Part shown: positions 18,620 to 28,224 of the stretch, piece by piece
Position numbering within the stretch: position 1 is the stretch's first letter
How the letters are laid out: each line of letters opens with the position of its first letter
DNA from: a virus
Taxonomy: Duplodnaviria; Heunggongvirae; Uroviricota; Caudoviricetes
IMG/VR virus record: IMGVR_UViG_3300000976_000008
Coordinates: 335,223-399,222 of that record
Direction: 5' to 3' (one strand)
Length of the DNA stretch: 64,000 nucleotides
Notes under the pieces: model-generated
Told to the model about the DNA's origin: nothing
The model's input: the letters and a program-made list of their open reading frames with translations, nothing else
The model's database searches: none
Program-made: the position numbers and the translations under genes

Positions 18620-19191
18620 TGGTAATTGAGAGCCACAGGCAGATAGTCCGTGCCAAGGATGGCAATAAGGCATTCAATGACCTCGTTTATCCTGTATCTG
18701 GCCAATGGGCCTTGCAGAATAACGAGGTCAATGGATGGGGCCTGTTGGGTCCGTACGACAATACCAATAGTCAAGACTTAGGTAATTATACCAATTACCT
18801 AAGTCTTAACCCCCAACAACTAGGAGGGTTTAGATTTCCCTTTGATGTCGATTTTATTGAACTCGACATCATATACCGAATCAACAACAATAATACCCAA
18901 GATTGGAAATGGTTAATCTACACTCAAGAGAAAACCATTGCCTCAACAACTCGCAGCACAGAATTAATATACGATGGGCCTCTAGGAATTATTGCGACAC
19001 CAACACAATACCAACAAACAACAATCACTGCAGCTGACCTCACGTTAGCTTATCTCCCAGCGGGTCAATTCTTCTGCTTAGCAGCCGGAACACCGTCACA
19101 AGTCGCCAATAGAAATATTCAAATCTATGGCGGAAGCATAGTATTTAGGAAAAACGAGGAAGGTCCACCACCTCCCGTCTTCCCGATTTAG
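18619..19191 (+). CDS. Hypothetical (probable structural) protein
   Basis: 190-aa ORF with TAATG overlap to the previous gene; beta-rich. Confidence 0.7.
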   Translation: MVIESHRQIVRAKDGNKAFNDLVYPVSGQWALQNNEVNGWGLLGPYDNTNSQDLGNYTNYLSLNPQQLGGFRFPFDVDFIELDIIYRINNNNTQDWKWLIYTQEKTIASTTRSTELIYDGPLGIIATPTQYQQTTITAADLTLAYLPAGQFFCLAAGTPSQVANRNIQIYGGSIVFRKNEEGPPPPVFPI

Positions 19192-19199
19192 GATTCATC

Positions 19200-20009
19200 A
19201 TGGCCAAATCAATCTCACTAGCTGAAAAACTAAATAACGTTCTCAAAGCAGATCCAGTTGTTGAAGAAATAGAATCACTCCTTGAGACAACAGAATCTTT
19301 AGGAATGTTCAACAGCAGTCATGATTTGAAGTCATACGTTACTGAAGGTGCACTACTCAACATCGGTAAAATTAGTGCTCAAGCATTATCACTACCTCAT
19401 GGAGAGTACATGGTAATGGCTACAGATGCTGGTCATACAATGCTTCTCCCAATTGGTTCCTCAGAACCTTCTACGGAAGTGTTCGAATCACTCGAAAACG
19501 AATTCGAAGTCCTCACTCCAAGCCTAATCCAAGGTTGGCAGAACATCGAAAAAGTGCTTGCTGAAAGAGCAATGCAACCACAATCAGATGTTGAAGGAGA
19601 AGAAAACGGAGGAGAGGAATCTGACGGAGATCAGCCAGGCACCTTCCAAACAAGAATCCAAGCTGGAAGCGTTGACAGAAGCCCGATGCACCGATCAATG
19701 GAGCAACAAGGGCATACAGTTACTTCACTCGCCCAAGCTACGGGAGTGCAGCCGCCAGCCATTTCAAGACTCCTTCGAACACCAAAAGATCGTCAAGGCG
19801 ATCCAGGTGGTAGGAATCCAAGCATCGGACTCGCTAGTAGAGTTGCCAATGCACTTCGAATGGATGTAGAATCATTATTCCCCGACATTTTCGCTGCACC
19901 TAAGAGTCAAGTCGGTGCAAAAGAAGTTAAGGGAAATAGAGGAAGTGGTACTGGAACCACTGGTCGAAAAGGTAAAGCCACTGATAAGTGGACTCAAGGT
20001 GCAAATTGA
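19200..20009 (+). CDS. XRE/Cro-family helix-turn-helix protein with acidic N-terminal region
   Basis: MEQQGHTVTSLAQATGVQPPAISRLLR...GRNPSIGLASRVANALRMDVESLF is the HTH_3 pattern, with a short insertion. Confidence 0.85.
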   Translation: MAKSISLAEKLNNVLKADPVVEEIESLLETTESLGMFNSSHDLKSYVTEGALLNIGKISAQALSLPHGEYMVMATDAGHTMLLPIGSSEPSTEVFESLENEFEVLTPSLIQGWQNIEKVLAERAMQPQSDVEGEENGGEESDGDQPGTFQTRIQAGSVDRSPMHRSMEQQGHTVTSLAQATGVQPPAISRLLRTPKDRQGDPGGRNPSIGLASRVANALRMDVESLFPDIFAAPKSQVGAKEVKGNRGSGTGTTGRKGKATDKWTQGAN

Positions 20010-20407
20010 GAATTATAGTTGAAGACATCGCTCAGTTTCTTACTGAAGATCCTGATATCTTCTTGGAGATGGACGCTCCAATTGATTCACCCATCGATGG
20101 CCCACCTAAAATGCCGGAGCCTGCCGATGCATTATCTAACGCAGATATAGAGAAATCTGCGGATGAGATGGCTGGATCTACGAAACCAACGGATACTAGG
20201 GGCATTGCTGACGATCTAGAGACTTCCCAAGAACTCGAAGATACTCTTCGCCAGCAACAACGAGATGAATTGGCTCCTCAGTTGGATCAAGCGGATGAGT
20301 TGTCTCAAGGACTTGGTGATTCTTTAGCACAAGTGCAGCAACAAACCAATCCACTCAATACCCAACTGAACGCTCTACAGAGCCTCTTACGTGGTTTGGG
20401 GACTTAG
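20006..20407 (+). CDS. Acidic coiled-coil hypothetical protein (probable head-internal protein)
   Basis: Likely TTG start at 20006 overlapping the TGA of the previous gene; IVED/LTED/FLE motifs at the N-terminus. Confidence 0.65.
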   Translation: MRIIVEDIAQFLTEDPDIFLEMDAPIDSPIDGPPKMPEPADALSNADIEKSADEMAGSTKPTDTRGIADDLETSQELEDTLRQQQRDELAPQLDQADELSQGLGDSLAQVQQQTNPLNTQLNALQSLLRGLGT

Positions 20408-20635
20408 TCTAATTCTATAGACTTGATGCTTGTCAATAAATAATTGTAGTCCGTCACACGTATCGCCGACGTTCATAATTATTTCTCTACCACAACCGAA
20501 TACTTCTGTCATTTGAATAACAGTCGGTTGCCCATACCTCTTGACGAAATTCCTTATATCTCGTTCAAGTTCTGACCATCTCCCAGCTTCTTGAAGCTGC
20601 TTCTTCAGTTCATCGTCGATCATAGCATCATCCAA
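20387..20635 (-). CDS. Hypothetical protein
   Basis: 82-aa ORF overlapping the end of the sigma gene. Confidence 0.6.
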   Translation of the reverse strand: MDDAMIDDELKKQLQEAGRWSELERDIRNFVKRYGQPTVIQMTEVFGCGREIIMNVGDTCDGLQLFIDKHQVYRIRLSPQTT

Positions 20636-21500
20636 TCGGTTCTTTGAGTACCTTCTCGAAGCCGACTAAGGTTTCGAGAATATTGGTGGAAGTCGCCCCA
20701 CCTTTTCCGGACAAATTCCTTTTTGCTTTCTTCTTCGCTTCAAATTCAATTTGGCGTATCCGTTCCCTGGATACGCCGAAATCATTTCCTATTTGTTCTA
20801 ATGTTTCTCCATCAAATCGACGTTGCAAAATTTCCGATGATCTCTCATTGAGACCAAACCAAGCAATTCTCTTCATCTCGTCAAAAAGTAAATTCGCACC
20901 ATGATCTTGGTGATATCCCTTTTCAGGAATCCATACTTTATTATTCCTACCTGTCATAAATAATGACTTAGAAGTACACTTGATCGCGTGCAATGTCGAG
21001 ATTGGGATATCTAAATCTTCAGCCCATTCCTTCTCAGTAGGGGGCCTACTATATTCATGGGAGATCTTAGCATACGATCGCCGTGCTTTCTCTTGAAGAA
21101 GAGAAATCGAAACAGATCCGAATTCGTTATCTGTTTCGAGGCAATACCTACGCATTCTTCTCTTAATGGCAACATAAGAATATGTCGAAAACTTATAGCC
21201 ATAAGAGGAATCGTAATAAGCGATAGCAGACATTAGTCCAAGGAATCCTTCTTGGAGGCAGTCTTCAGAATCATTTCGTCGCTTGCAGAAATTATACCTT
21301 GTCCAGATATGGACAACTAACCCTACATGTCTTTTGACGAGTTCATTCCTGATCCTATACCAATCATTGGTTGGGGTCTTGTCTTCGGTTTCATCCGCAG
21401 GTTCTTCTAGGGACATGAACTCAAAAAGCTCAATATCATCCCATCCAAGATACCGGGGGGATGGTCGAAGAAAATCAAAATTGCTCAGTATAGAATCCAT
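20628..21500 (-). CDS. RNA polymerase sigma-70 family sigma factor
   Basis: Region 2 NELVKRHVGLVVHI...EDCLQEGFLGLMSAIAYYDSSYGYKFSTY; region 3 RPPTEKEWAEDLDI; region 4 LNERSSEILQRRF.GETLEQIGNDFGVSRERIRQIE. Confidence 0.95.
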   Translation of the reverse strand: MDSILSNFDFLRPSPRYLGWDDIELFEFMSLEEPADETEDKTPTNDWYRIRNELVKRHVGLVVHIWTRYNFCKRRNDSEDCLQEGFLGLMSAIAYYDSSYGYKFSTYSYVAIKRRMRRYCLETDNEFGSVSISLLQEKARRSYAKISHEYSRPPTEKEWAEDLDIPISTLHAIKCTSKSLFMTGRNNKVWIPEKGYHQDHGANLLFDEMKRIAWFGLNERSSEILQRRFDGETLEQIGNDFGVSRERIRQIEFEAKKKAKRNLSGKGGATSTNILETLVGFEKVLKEPIG

Positions 21501-21518
21501 TCACGTCTTTCTACATTT

Positions 21519-21767
21519 CTAAGTCCATCTTAGAGAACGCAGAACCTTGCTCAATAGATCATCGGGATCATCGCAATCAATTTTCACCATCTTATCAGAC
21601 CTTCTGAAACAGATCTGGACATGTCGATTATGATCAGAGATTTTTCCAACAATAGTTGCGGAGGCAATTGCTCTGCATCTAATGCCGGAATATACTTTCC
21701 CGTCGACTTCAATAATTAGAAATCTACGGAAACCCCTGCGAACGACCTTGGCAGAACTTGCAATCAT
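21519..21767 (-). CDS. Hypothetical protein
   Basis: 82-aa ORF with AAGGA RBS. Confidence 0.6.
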   Translation of the reverse strand: MIASSAKVVRRGFRRFLIIEVDGKVYSGIRCRAIASATIVGKISDHNRHVQICFRRSDKMVKIDCDDPDDLLSKVLRSLRWT

Positions 21768-21943
21768 TTTTGTTCCTTTTCACCACCAAATACTTTATTT
21801 TTAGTTTGTTGGTTGGTGATTAACCATACAAGGTCTTTGAGTGGCTTACCCTCCCCTATTCCTAAAAGTATGGTACCCGTCGCCCATGCATTGAATTCGC
21901 GAAAATCCATGTCGATTGCGAGTTTGGTAGTAGGATCGCTCAT
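21764..21943 (-). CDS. Small hypothetical protein (59 aa, below the ORF-track cut-off)
   Basis: MSDPTTKLAIDMDFREFNAWATGTILLGIGEGKPLKDLVWLITNQQTKNKVFGGEKEQK; AGGAGA RBS; ATGA overlap with the next gene. Confidence 0.65.
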   Translation of the reverse strand: MSDPTTKLAIDMDFREFNAWATGTILLGIGEGKPLKDLVWLITNQQTKNKVFGGEKEQK

Positions 21944-21994
21944 ACATATCTCCTAGATTCTTCTTTGGCTTCCCTCGGCCTTGAAGATGGAGAC

Positions 21995-22588
21995 TTAAGG
22001 GTTGCCGGGCAATTTGGCAAGAAGCTCTTCAAGGTCATTCTTGACGCCTTTGAGGTCAAATTCCCCCAATGGGCTAGTGACGATCTCAGGTGCCGGGCCA
22101 TCATGATTGAAAGTACGAAGGGCACCATAAATATCCTCAATTACCTGGTGGGCATGCATTCGACCACCAGCGAGACGCATGAATTGGATAGTAATTCCAA
22201 ACATCGCCATAGGATGCAGATCAGCCATAGGACCATGCACACGACCCTGCTCTTGAGCCTGCTTGATTGTTGCTTCGATGTTGTAAACGGCTTGACCAGT
22301 GCCATCCAACTTATCGAGAACATCGCGGATATCATTACGATCGTCAGTCACTCCATCTTTGGGGAATCCGGGTGGTTTTCCCACAGGTGGATTTGGTGGC
22401 TGATTTGCTGGTGGATTTCCAGCAAATACAATATCCAACCCCTTATTCTTGATGCGTGTCACTTGAGCATTCAAGATTCCATCACTCAAACCGAGTTCTT
22501 GCTTGATAGAATCTCTGGATTTACCAGAGGTAGCAAGATCCCAGATTGATCGTTGAGCCGGGCTTAAAGATGATGCTATAGAATTCAT
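21995..22588 (-). CDS. HTH (LuxR-like N-terminus) DNA-binding protein
   Basis: LSPAQRSIWDLATSGKSRDSIKQELGLSDGILNAQVTRIKNK followed by a Pro-rich linker. Confidence 0.65.
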   Translation of the reverse strand: MNSIASSLSPAQRSIWDLATSGKSRDSIKQELGLSDGILNAQVTRIKNKGLDIVFAGNPPANQPPNPPVGKPPGFPKDGVTDDRNDIRDVLDKLDGTGQAVYNIEATIKQAQEQGRVHGPMADLHPMAMFGITIQFMRLAGGRMHAHQVIEDIYGALRTFNHDGPAPEIVTSPLGEFDLKGVKNDLEELLAKLPGNP

Positions 22589-22630
22589 TGGTTCACCGTG
22601 TTTGTTAGATCGATTATTAGGATCGATTGA

Positions 22631-23794
22631 TTATTTTGAGTCTGTTTCAGCCTTCACTTCTTCAACTGCTTCCTTAATGAAGTGGCCTTTGAAGCTATCG
22701 AATTCGTCACAAGATCCTTCGAGATCATATTCGCCGTTGAGCATGCTCCCGACCCAAGCTTGCAATTTGCGAGCATTGTAAGTGGTCAAGTTGTGTGTTG
22801 ACATTTCGGTTGCGAAATTCATCATGTCATAGACACGACATTGAACCGGCAACGCAGTCTGTCGCTTGTCACTGAGGACATTTGGATCACGCTGGTAAAG
22901 TTCGAATGGATTTCCGGTCATTCCCTCATATTGCTTCATGAGGATTTGGCCAGCGGAAGCATTTCCCCCACCGAGTTTCTGGTTAAGCTTCTTATCACCT
23001 TGGACACCAAGAAGCAATTTGTAAAGTTGTTGTTGTTCCCGGAGACTCGCCCAAGATTTTGCACCAGATTCGAATCGTTCACGAAGAACAGCATACCCCT
23101 CATCGTTGTTGAACGAATCAAGAGTACGGCCAAGGGTGAAATCGATATTGTCACCGCCAGCACCAAGAGCCAAGGTAGTTCTGAAACTTCTGGCGTAACC
23201 AACCATACCGTTAGAACAGATCTGACGAAGCAAAGAGAGGTAGACATTTGGTTGGCCGAAGCCATCGATCGGCGTATGCATCTCGAATTGGTTCTGGAAC
23301 GTATCTCCGGCCAACTCGAATTTCGATTTCCCAATTCGCGGTTGGTGCGTCGAAGTCACAACTCCATCGGCATATTTAATGCCCTCTTGGACATTGAATT
23401 TGTGCAGAAGTTCCATCAGATCGTCGTAAACAACCACTGGTTTGTTCAAACCAGTTGCAGCAAGCAGTTTCTTATCACCTGTTGATTTTCGCTCGATGCA
23501 AATTCGCACCATACCAGTAGGATCGACTTCCGCAACCCGTTGGAAAACTTCTTCGTACTCGAAGAATTTGAAGAAAGCTTTGTTGAGACCAAATCTGGAA
23601 TAAAGAGATGTCCAGAATCGTCCCGTTGGCTTGATCGATTCGCCGTCGATCACAATTCCACGCACTTTGCCGCCGTGGACGATGTAATCGGAACCTTGAG
23701 CAACTCCGCGAGCTTCTTTCGCATCCACTGAGACCAGGTCGAGTTCGATCTTCCCAATGGGGACATTCTTGTATTCAAAAGTTGTATCAGACAT
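22631..23794 (-). CDS. DUF932/DUF945-like phage protein
   Basis: LLRQICSNGMV motif (R.vC.NG) and size typical of this family. Confidence 0.65.
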   Translation of the reverse strand: MSDTTFEYKNVPIGKIELDLVSVDAKEARGVAQGSDYIVHGGKVRGIVIDGESIKPTGRFWTSLYSRFGLNKAFFKFFEYEEVFQRVAEVDPTGMVRICIERKSTGDKKLLAATGLNKPVVVYDDLMELLHKFNVQEGIKYADGVVTSTHQPRIGKSKFELAGDTFQNQFEMHTPIDGFGQPNVYLSLLRQICSNGMVGYARSFRTTLALGAGGDNIDFTLGRTLDSFNNDEGYAVLRERFESGAKSWASLREQQQLYKLLLGVQGDKKLNQKLGGGNASAGQILMKQYEGMTGNPFELYQRDPNVLSDKRQTALPVQCRVYDMMNFATEMSTHNLTTYNARKLQAWVGSMLNGEYDLEGSCDEFDSFKGHFIKEAVEEVKAETDSK

Positions 23795-23936
23795 CTGTTC
23801 ACTTTCTCTGGGAGGTTGTTCTTGATTATATGTTGCAAGCTTGAAATGTTCGTTAAATCAAGCCTATATCCCCGGTATTATCTACCATCCCGGATACTTC
23901 TAATGACTATCAAATACATCAAGTCAACCATTGAGA

Positions 23937-24314
23937 TTACACTTTTACAGCTTTGCCAGTCGTAGAGTCGAGGATATATCTAGATTCATCCTTGATTGAG
24001 AAGAATTTTGGCCGCAGATCATACTTATCAAGCCATCCAGACATAAGCATTTGTACAGCATTGTCTAACTCGTCTCTTTGTTTCCTGGTAGAATTATCCC
24101 AAGAATCAGCGTGGTCTCCACAATATTCATCTTGAGTGGAGACTAATTCTAGCCAATCATCGATATCCCAATAAGCTTCTGGTTGAGTAGGTGGCACACA
24201 TTCACCAACCCAGAAAGAGGAATAACCCTCTTCTTCACCTTTGGAAATGGCCTCATCTATAGTATGGAATGAGCCAAAGTATTTAGTAGCGTCTTCAGAA
24301 ATGGCAAATGGCAT
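23937..24314 (-). CDS. Hypothetical phage protein
   Basis: 125-aa acidic ORF, GAGG RBS. Confidence 0.7.
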   Translation of the reverse strand: MPFAISEDATKYFGSFHTIDEAISKGEEEGYSSFWVGECVPPTQPEAYWDIDDWLELVSTQDEYCGDHADSWDNSTRKQRDELDNAVQMLMSGWLDKYDLRPKFFSIKDESRYILDSTTGKAVKV

Positions 24315-24366
24315 TGATTTCCCTCGTTTTGCTCTATTAATACGTCAAGCAAAACGAATGTTAATC

Positions 24367-26025
24367 TTAACCCTGCCAAGTAGATCCATTGAAGAACATC
24401 AAACGAGTTCCATTGAACCAGAAATCACCAAATTGAGGATTTCTACCCATTAAAGCTCTCATCCGAGGTAGGATCTCATCATCATAAAATGTTGAAGAAT
24501 TCCCGACACTGGTCGAGTCAACCACAAGTTTAATCATCTTATGACCCAAAGCACCAGAGTATCCAAATCGATCAATCGAAGCATTTGGAGAAATCCCAAT
24601 AACTGCTTCCAAATCGATCTGATTACCCAGACCTTGGTCAGCTTCAGTAACATATCTATTATTGAAACCTGGATTAATTGGCGTGTCTAGCCTAGATGTG
24701 CTACCCAGCAAAGCGTGAGATTGACCAACAGTAGGAGTATACTTAGGAACTCTACTCAAACCAAAAGAACTAATCCGTGTCGAAGAAATACTGAAAGGAG
24801 TATCAGCAGGATCTTCAGCGATCGTATCAAATTCAGCAAAGAAATCTGCCACAGCACTAGTATTCTTATCCCATAGGGTCGATAAAACAACGTGGCCGCG
24901 ACCAAAATGTTGTTCGAAATCAGAAGCGTCACTACCAGTTTGGAGCAACAAATTCTCAGTTGGGACAATATCAACAATTTCTCCAGATGTGTAACTCAAA
25001 AGGAGATCTAAAGTAGCAAATTCAACAGGAACAGTGGATGGGGCACCCCCTGAACTTGAATCAGTAATATTGTAAGTCGCAAAATGCAACCTCAATTGAG
25101 TCGAACTGGTACCAATTCTTTCGACTCTTGAAACAAATACTGGGTAGTACAAGCCGCTCGAATCACCCGTAGGTTGATCACCAGCAGGAGCAGTCATATT
25201 GAATTCTCTGAACAATGCCGGAGGAATCACAATATTGTCAGAAGAAGTTCTATTTGCATCAGCACAGAATGGGTAGTTGACAGATGTCAACCAAGATTGA
25301 ATATCACTATCCAATTGAGGAATAGCAACCCATGAACTATCAGTCAGAAGACCAGTACCATGAGAGAAAACAACCGAAGCATAATCATCAGTAACTGCTG
25401 GACCACCCGCTACTGTGTCCGCAATTTCGTAAAGTGCTGGATTATCGTAAAATCCATCACTATTTGCATCTGATAGATCACTAGGCGGCTCTACAACGTC
25501 TAGAAAATCTCGAACACTATCCAAAGTCGTGTCAAGAGTTCGAAATGTGATGAAGCCAGAAACTGTTTCCGATTCACCAGAAGAAATTACTGTTGATTCT
25601 TCAGGCGAAGTAGCTACAACCAATCTTGAAGGTTGATAGGTTAAATCACTATCAATTTCGTAATCGGCGGTAAAGATTGCGACTTCCGTGGTAGAATTTT
25701 CAATGTTCGCCGTGAAAGTAAGTCGAAGCCAGCCATCATAACCAGCAGTTGGATCATTAAAGCCAGCAATTCTACGAATTTTGGCAAGTCTAAGATTTTC
25801 CCATCTTTTCGGGAGAGCTGCCTGCATATCCCAAATCCATTTGAGAGGCACATCGGCTACTCCAGTCCCAGAGGTAACTTGTGGCTGAATAAGATATGGA
25901 TACATTGCAGCATGGCCAAGGCTCAATTGCACCCCATCGAGTGCTTTGGCCAATACTAATTGCCGTACTACTATGTCTGCCATTGGGCGGTTCAGTGTTT
26001 CAAAGAACACTGGGTCCGTCATCAC
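24367..26025 (-). CDS. Virion structural protein (552 aa; possibly 585 aa from an ATC start at 26124)
   Basis: Long S/T/D-rich, beta-rich ORF; frame open 33 codons further upstream to an ATC preceded by GGAGG; CAAAATTA motif at 26164-26171 (minus). Confidence 0.75.
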   Translation of the reverse strand: MMTDPVFFETLNRPMADIVVRQLVLAKALDGVQLSLGHAAMYPYLIQPQVTSGTGVADVPLKWIWDMQAALPKRWENLRLAKIRRIAGFNDPTAGYDGWLRLTFTANIENSTTEVAIFTADYEIDSDLTYQPSRLVVATSPEESTVISSGESETVSGFITFRTLDTTLDSVRDFLDVVEPPSDLSDANSDGFYDNPALYEIADTVAGGPAVTDDYASVVFSHGTGLLTDSSWVAIPQLDSDIQSWLTSVNYPFCADANRTSSDNIVIPPALFREFNMTAPAGDQPTGDSSGLYYPVFVSRVERIGTSSTQLRLHFATYNITDSSSGGAPSTVPVEFATLDLLLSYTSGEIVDIVPTENLLLQTGSDASDFEQHFGRGHVVLSTLWDKNTSAVADFFAEFDTIAEDPADTPFSISSTRISSFGLSRVPKYTPTVGQSHALLGSTSRLDTPINPGFNNRYVTEADQGLGNQIDLEAVIGISPNASIDRFGYSGALGHKMIKLVVDSTSVGNSSTFYDDEILPRMRALMGRNPQFGDFWFNGTRLMFFNGSTWQG

Positions 26026-26218
26026 AAGCCATCTGATATTGAGAGTTGTATCTCCTCCTACAAAACTGGAGAATATACTCCCAGGTGCTTTAGAAGGAAT
26101 GCTTGATGGTGATATAGTAGGGATGAGTCAATCCTCCGAAGCTTACAATCTATTCTACATGTTTAATTTTGCTTATATACCATTTTCCCAATTGGTGGGT
26201 AACTGATGCGGAAAGTAT

Positions 26219-26608
26219 TTGACAGAAATGGCCATCAATGCTAGAAAGCAGGAATTTGTATTTTCACATGATCCTGAATCATATGAAATATTTCTGAAGA
26301 AGCATTTCACACGGTATAAACCAACTTACTACTCAGTAGTATCTAAGGAAACAGTCGATACTGAAGATGGGGAGATGTACAGGCTAGAGATAGTCAAAAC
26401 TATTGAAGACCCCAGCTATGAGATAATTGCTGAATGCAGAATCAATAACCAGATGGTATATCTCTGGAATGATCATTGTTGGACATTGGCAACAGCAAAT
26501 GGAAAGCTTTTGATATCTAAAACGGTATCGATACCACATGTAGGTTCCAAAAAACCACTATCCGCGAAAATCGTCATTTATAGAGTAGGAATCGATAAAG
26601 TCGAATGA
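26219..26608 (+). CDS. Hypothetical protein
   Basis: 129-aa ORF, ATGA overlap with clpS. Confidence 0.65.
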   Translation: MTEMAINARKQEFVFSHDPESYEIFLKKHFTRYKPTYYSVVSKETVDTEDGEMYRLEIVKTIEDPSYEIIAECRINNQMVYLWNDHCWTLATANGKLLISKTVSIPHVGSKKPLSAKIVIYRVGIDKVE

Positions 26609-26934
26609 GCACAATAACTCTCGAACCACCTGAAGCAGTAACAGAGAAGCCCAAGAATAAAACTCAAAAGCCTTGGGCCGTCATTATTTCCGACGATGAC
26701 GAGCATACATATCAGTACGTCATAGAAGTGCTGAGGAAGGTATTTGGTTACGACGAAACCAAAAGCTTCAAGTATGCAGAAGAGATCGACACCAAAGGAA
26801 GAGCTATCGTCTGGTCCGGCACACGAGAAGTGGCAGAGCTAAAGAGGGACCAGGTTAAAGGTGGAGGAAAAGACTTCTACGCTGGCAAGCCAGTAGAATA
26901 CCCACTGGCTTGCCACATCGAAGAGATGCCTTAG
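26605..26934 (+). CDS. clpS: ATP-dependent Clp protease adaptor ClpS
   Basis: PWAVIISDDDEHTYQYVIEVLRKVFG...AEEIDTKGRAIV...EVAELK matches the ClpS core. Confidence 0.9.
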   Translation: MSTITLEPPEAVTEKPKNKTQKPWAVIISDDDEHTYQYVIEVLRKVFGYDETKSFKYAEEIDTKGRAIVWSGTREVAELKRDQVKGGGKDFYAGKPVEYPLACHIEEMP

Positions 26935-27896
26935 AGCAGATCGAAGTCCTGAATTCCCTTGCCGTTCAATGTCACTTGGCTCAAGTTGGTGATATCGTTA
27001 ATCACTACCTGGTGACCACCTGGCTTCACTGGCGGAAGTGGCTTAGGGTCTACTGGTGGTGGTGTCGGGTTAGCTTTCGGCGGACCGTAGAGTCGTTGGA
27101 TTCTGGTCACATCGTCCGTATAAACCGGTTTCGGAACGCCTGGTGAGTAGAACGGAGCCATCAAGGCTCGGTTCTGTCTCGAATGGTCAAGACCAAGAAG
27201 GTGACCAAATTCGTGACACGCAACGTTCAAGAACAACGTTCCACGATTTCGTGAGTCAGCAACCCAAGTCTCATCGAGGTCAAACCTCGTTAACAACTGG
27301 CCTCTAAAGTTCGGATTTGGTGGCAAGAATGCCCAAGCCAAAGTTCCCGAAGGTCCATCAAAGTTGTCTGCTCTACCTTGACCAGTAGAGATTATGAAAT
27401 TCGCACTACTCTTGCTAGTGGTTCTTCTAATATCTAAACCACAATGCACTTCCCATTGCTGGAATGCAAGATCGATCAGATCATCCATATCTGATTTAGG
27501 GATTGCACTTCTAACGTACTTTTCAACATAGTACGTAAGATTCATTATCCCCCATTTGTTAGCATTACTCGCCTTCTCAGGAGTAGATGCCAACATAAAG
27601 TCTGGGCCACCCTTAGAGTTAGGTTTCTCTTTTGTGACCAACATGAAGTCGGGACAGCCGCATCGTGGCGTCAGCATCGCTCTTCTTGTTCGACCATCCA
27701 ACTTACCGTTAGCTGTTAATCCAAAACTCTTTTGGAATTTCTTAGTATGAGTCTCGATATCTTTCTTAGAAAGAACCTTCTTCTTGTTAGGTTCGTAGTA
27801 GTAATGTAGATAATTCAGTGCGAACTTTGCGTCAGCATGAACAAGACCCATCGAATCAGCGATTGATCGTACTAATTTTGGTGTGATACCAGCCAT
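26931..27896 (-). CDS. Matrixin (peptidase M10) zinc metalloprotease with PG-binding-like prodomain
   Basis: Prodomain FQKSFGLTANGKLD..T, cysteine switch PRCGCPD, FDGPSGTLAWAF, zinc motif HEFGHLLGLDH, Met-turn ALMAPFY, Pro-rich linker. Confidence 0.95.
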   Translation of the reverse strand: MAGITPKLVRSIADSMGLVHADAKFALNYLHYYYEPNKKKVLSKKDIETHTKKFQKSFGLTANGKLDGRTRRAMLTPRCGCPDFMLVTKEKPNSKGGPDFMLASTPEKASNANKWGIMNLTYYVEKYVRSAIPKSDMDDLIDLAFQQWEVHCGLDIRRTTSKSSANFIISTGQGRADNFDGPSGTLAWAFLPPNPNFRGQLLTRFDLDETWVADSRNRGTLFLNVACHEFGHLLGLDHSRQNRALMAPFYSPGVPKPVYTDDVTRIQRLYGPPKANPTPPPVDPKPLPPVKPGGHQVVINDITNLSQVTLNGKGIQDFDLL

Positions 27897-27924
27897 TTTT
27901 GGATTCTCCTTTAAGATCTACTTC

Positions 27925-28224
27925 ATGTTTGACGACACATTACCTGTTCTAAATTGTGATAATTGTGGTGTATGTTGCAGCGAAATAGGTGTGCCTCCAT
28001 TCGTACGCCATGAAATATTCGATCTACCAGAAGAATTAAGAAATGAAGTATTCGCTTACGAGGAGAGCGAACCAAATAGAGAAAATAGCAAGAAACCATG
28101 CTATTGGTGGGATTCCACCACTAAGAAATGTACTCAATATGAAAACAGACCACAAACCTGCCAAGATTTCGAGCCAGGATGTGTCTCATGCCTATCTTAT
28201 AGAGATTACCACAATATAGATTAG
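27925..28224 (+). CDS. YkgJ-family CxxCxxCC cysteine-cluster protein
   Basis: CDNCGVCC ... PCYW.....KCTQYENRPQTCQDF; ATG at 27925. Confidence 0.85.
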   Translation: MFDDTLPVLNCDNCGVCCSEIGVPPFVRHEIFDLPEELRNEVFAYEESEPNRENSKKPCYWWDSTTKKCTQYENRPQTCQDFEPGCVSCLSYRDYHNID

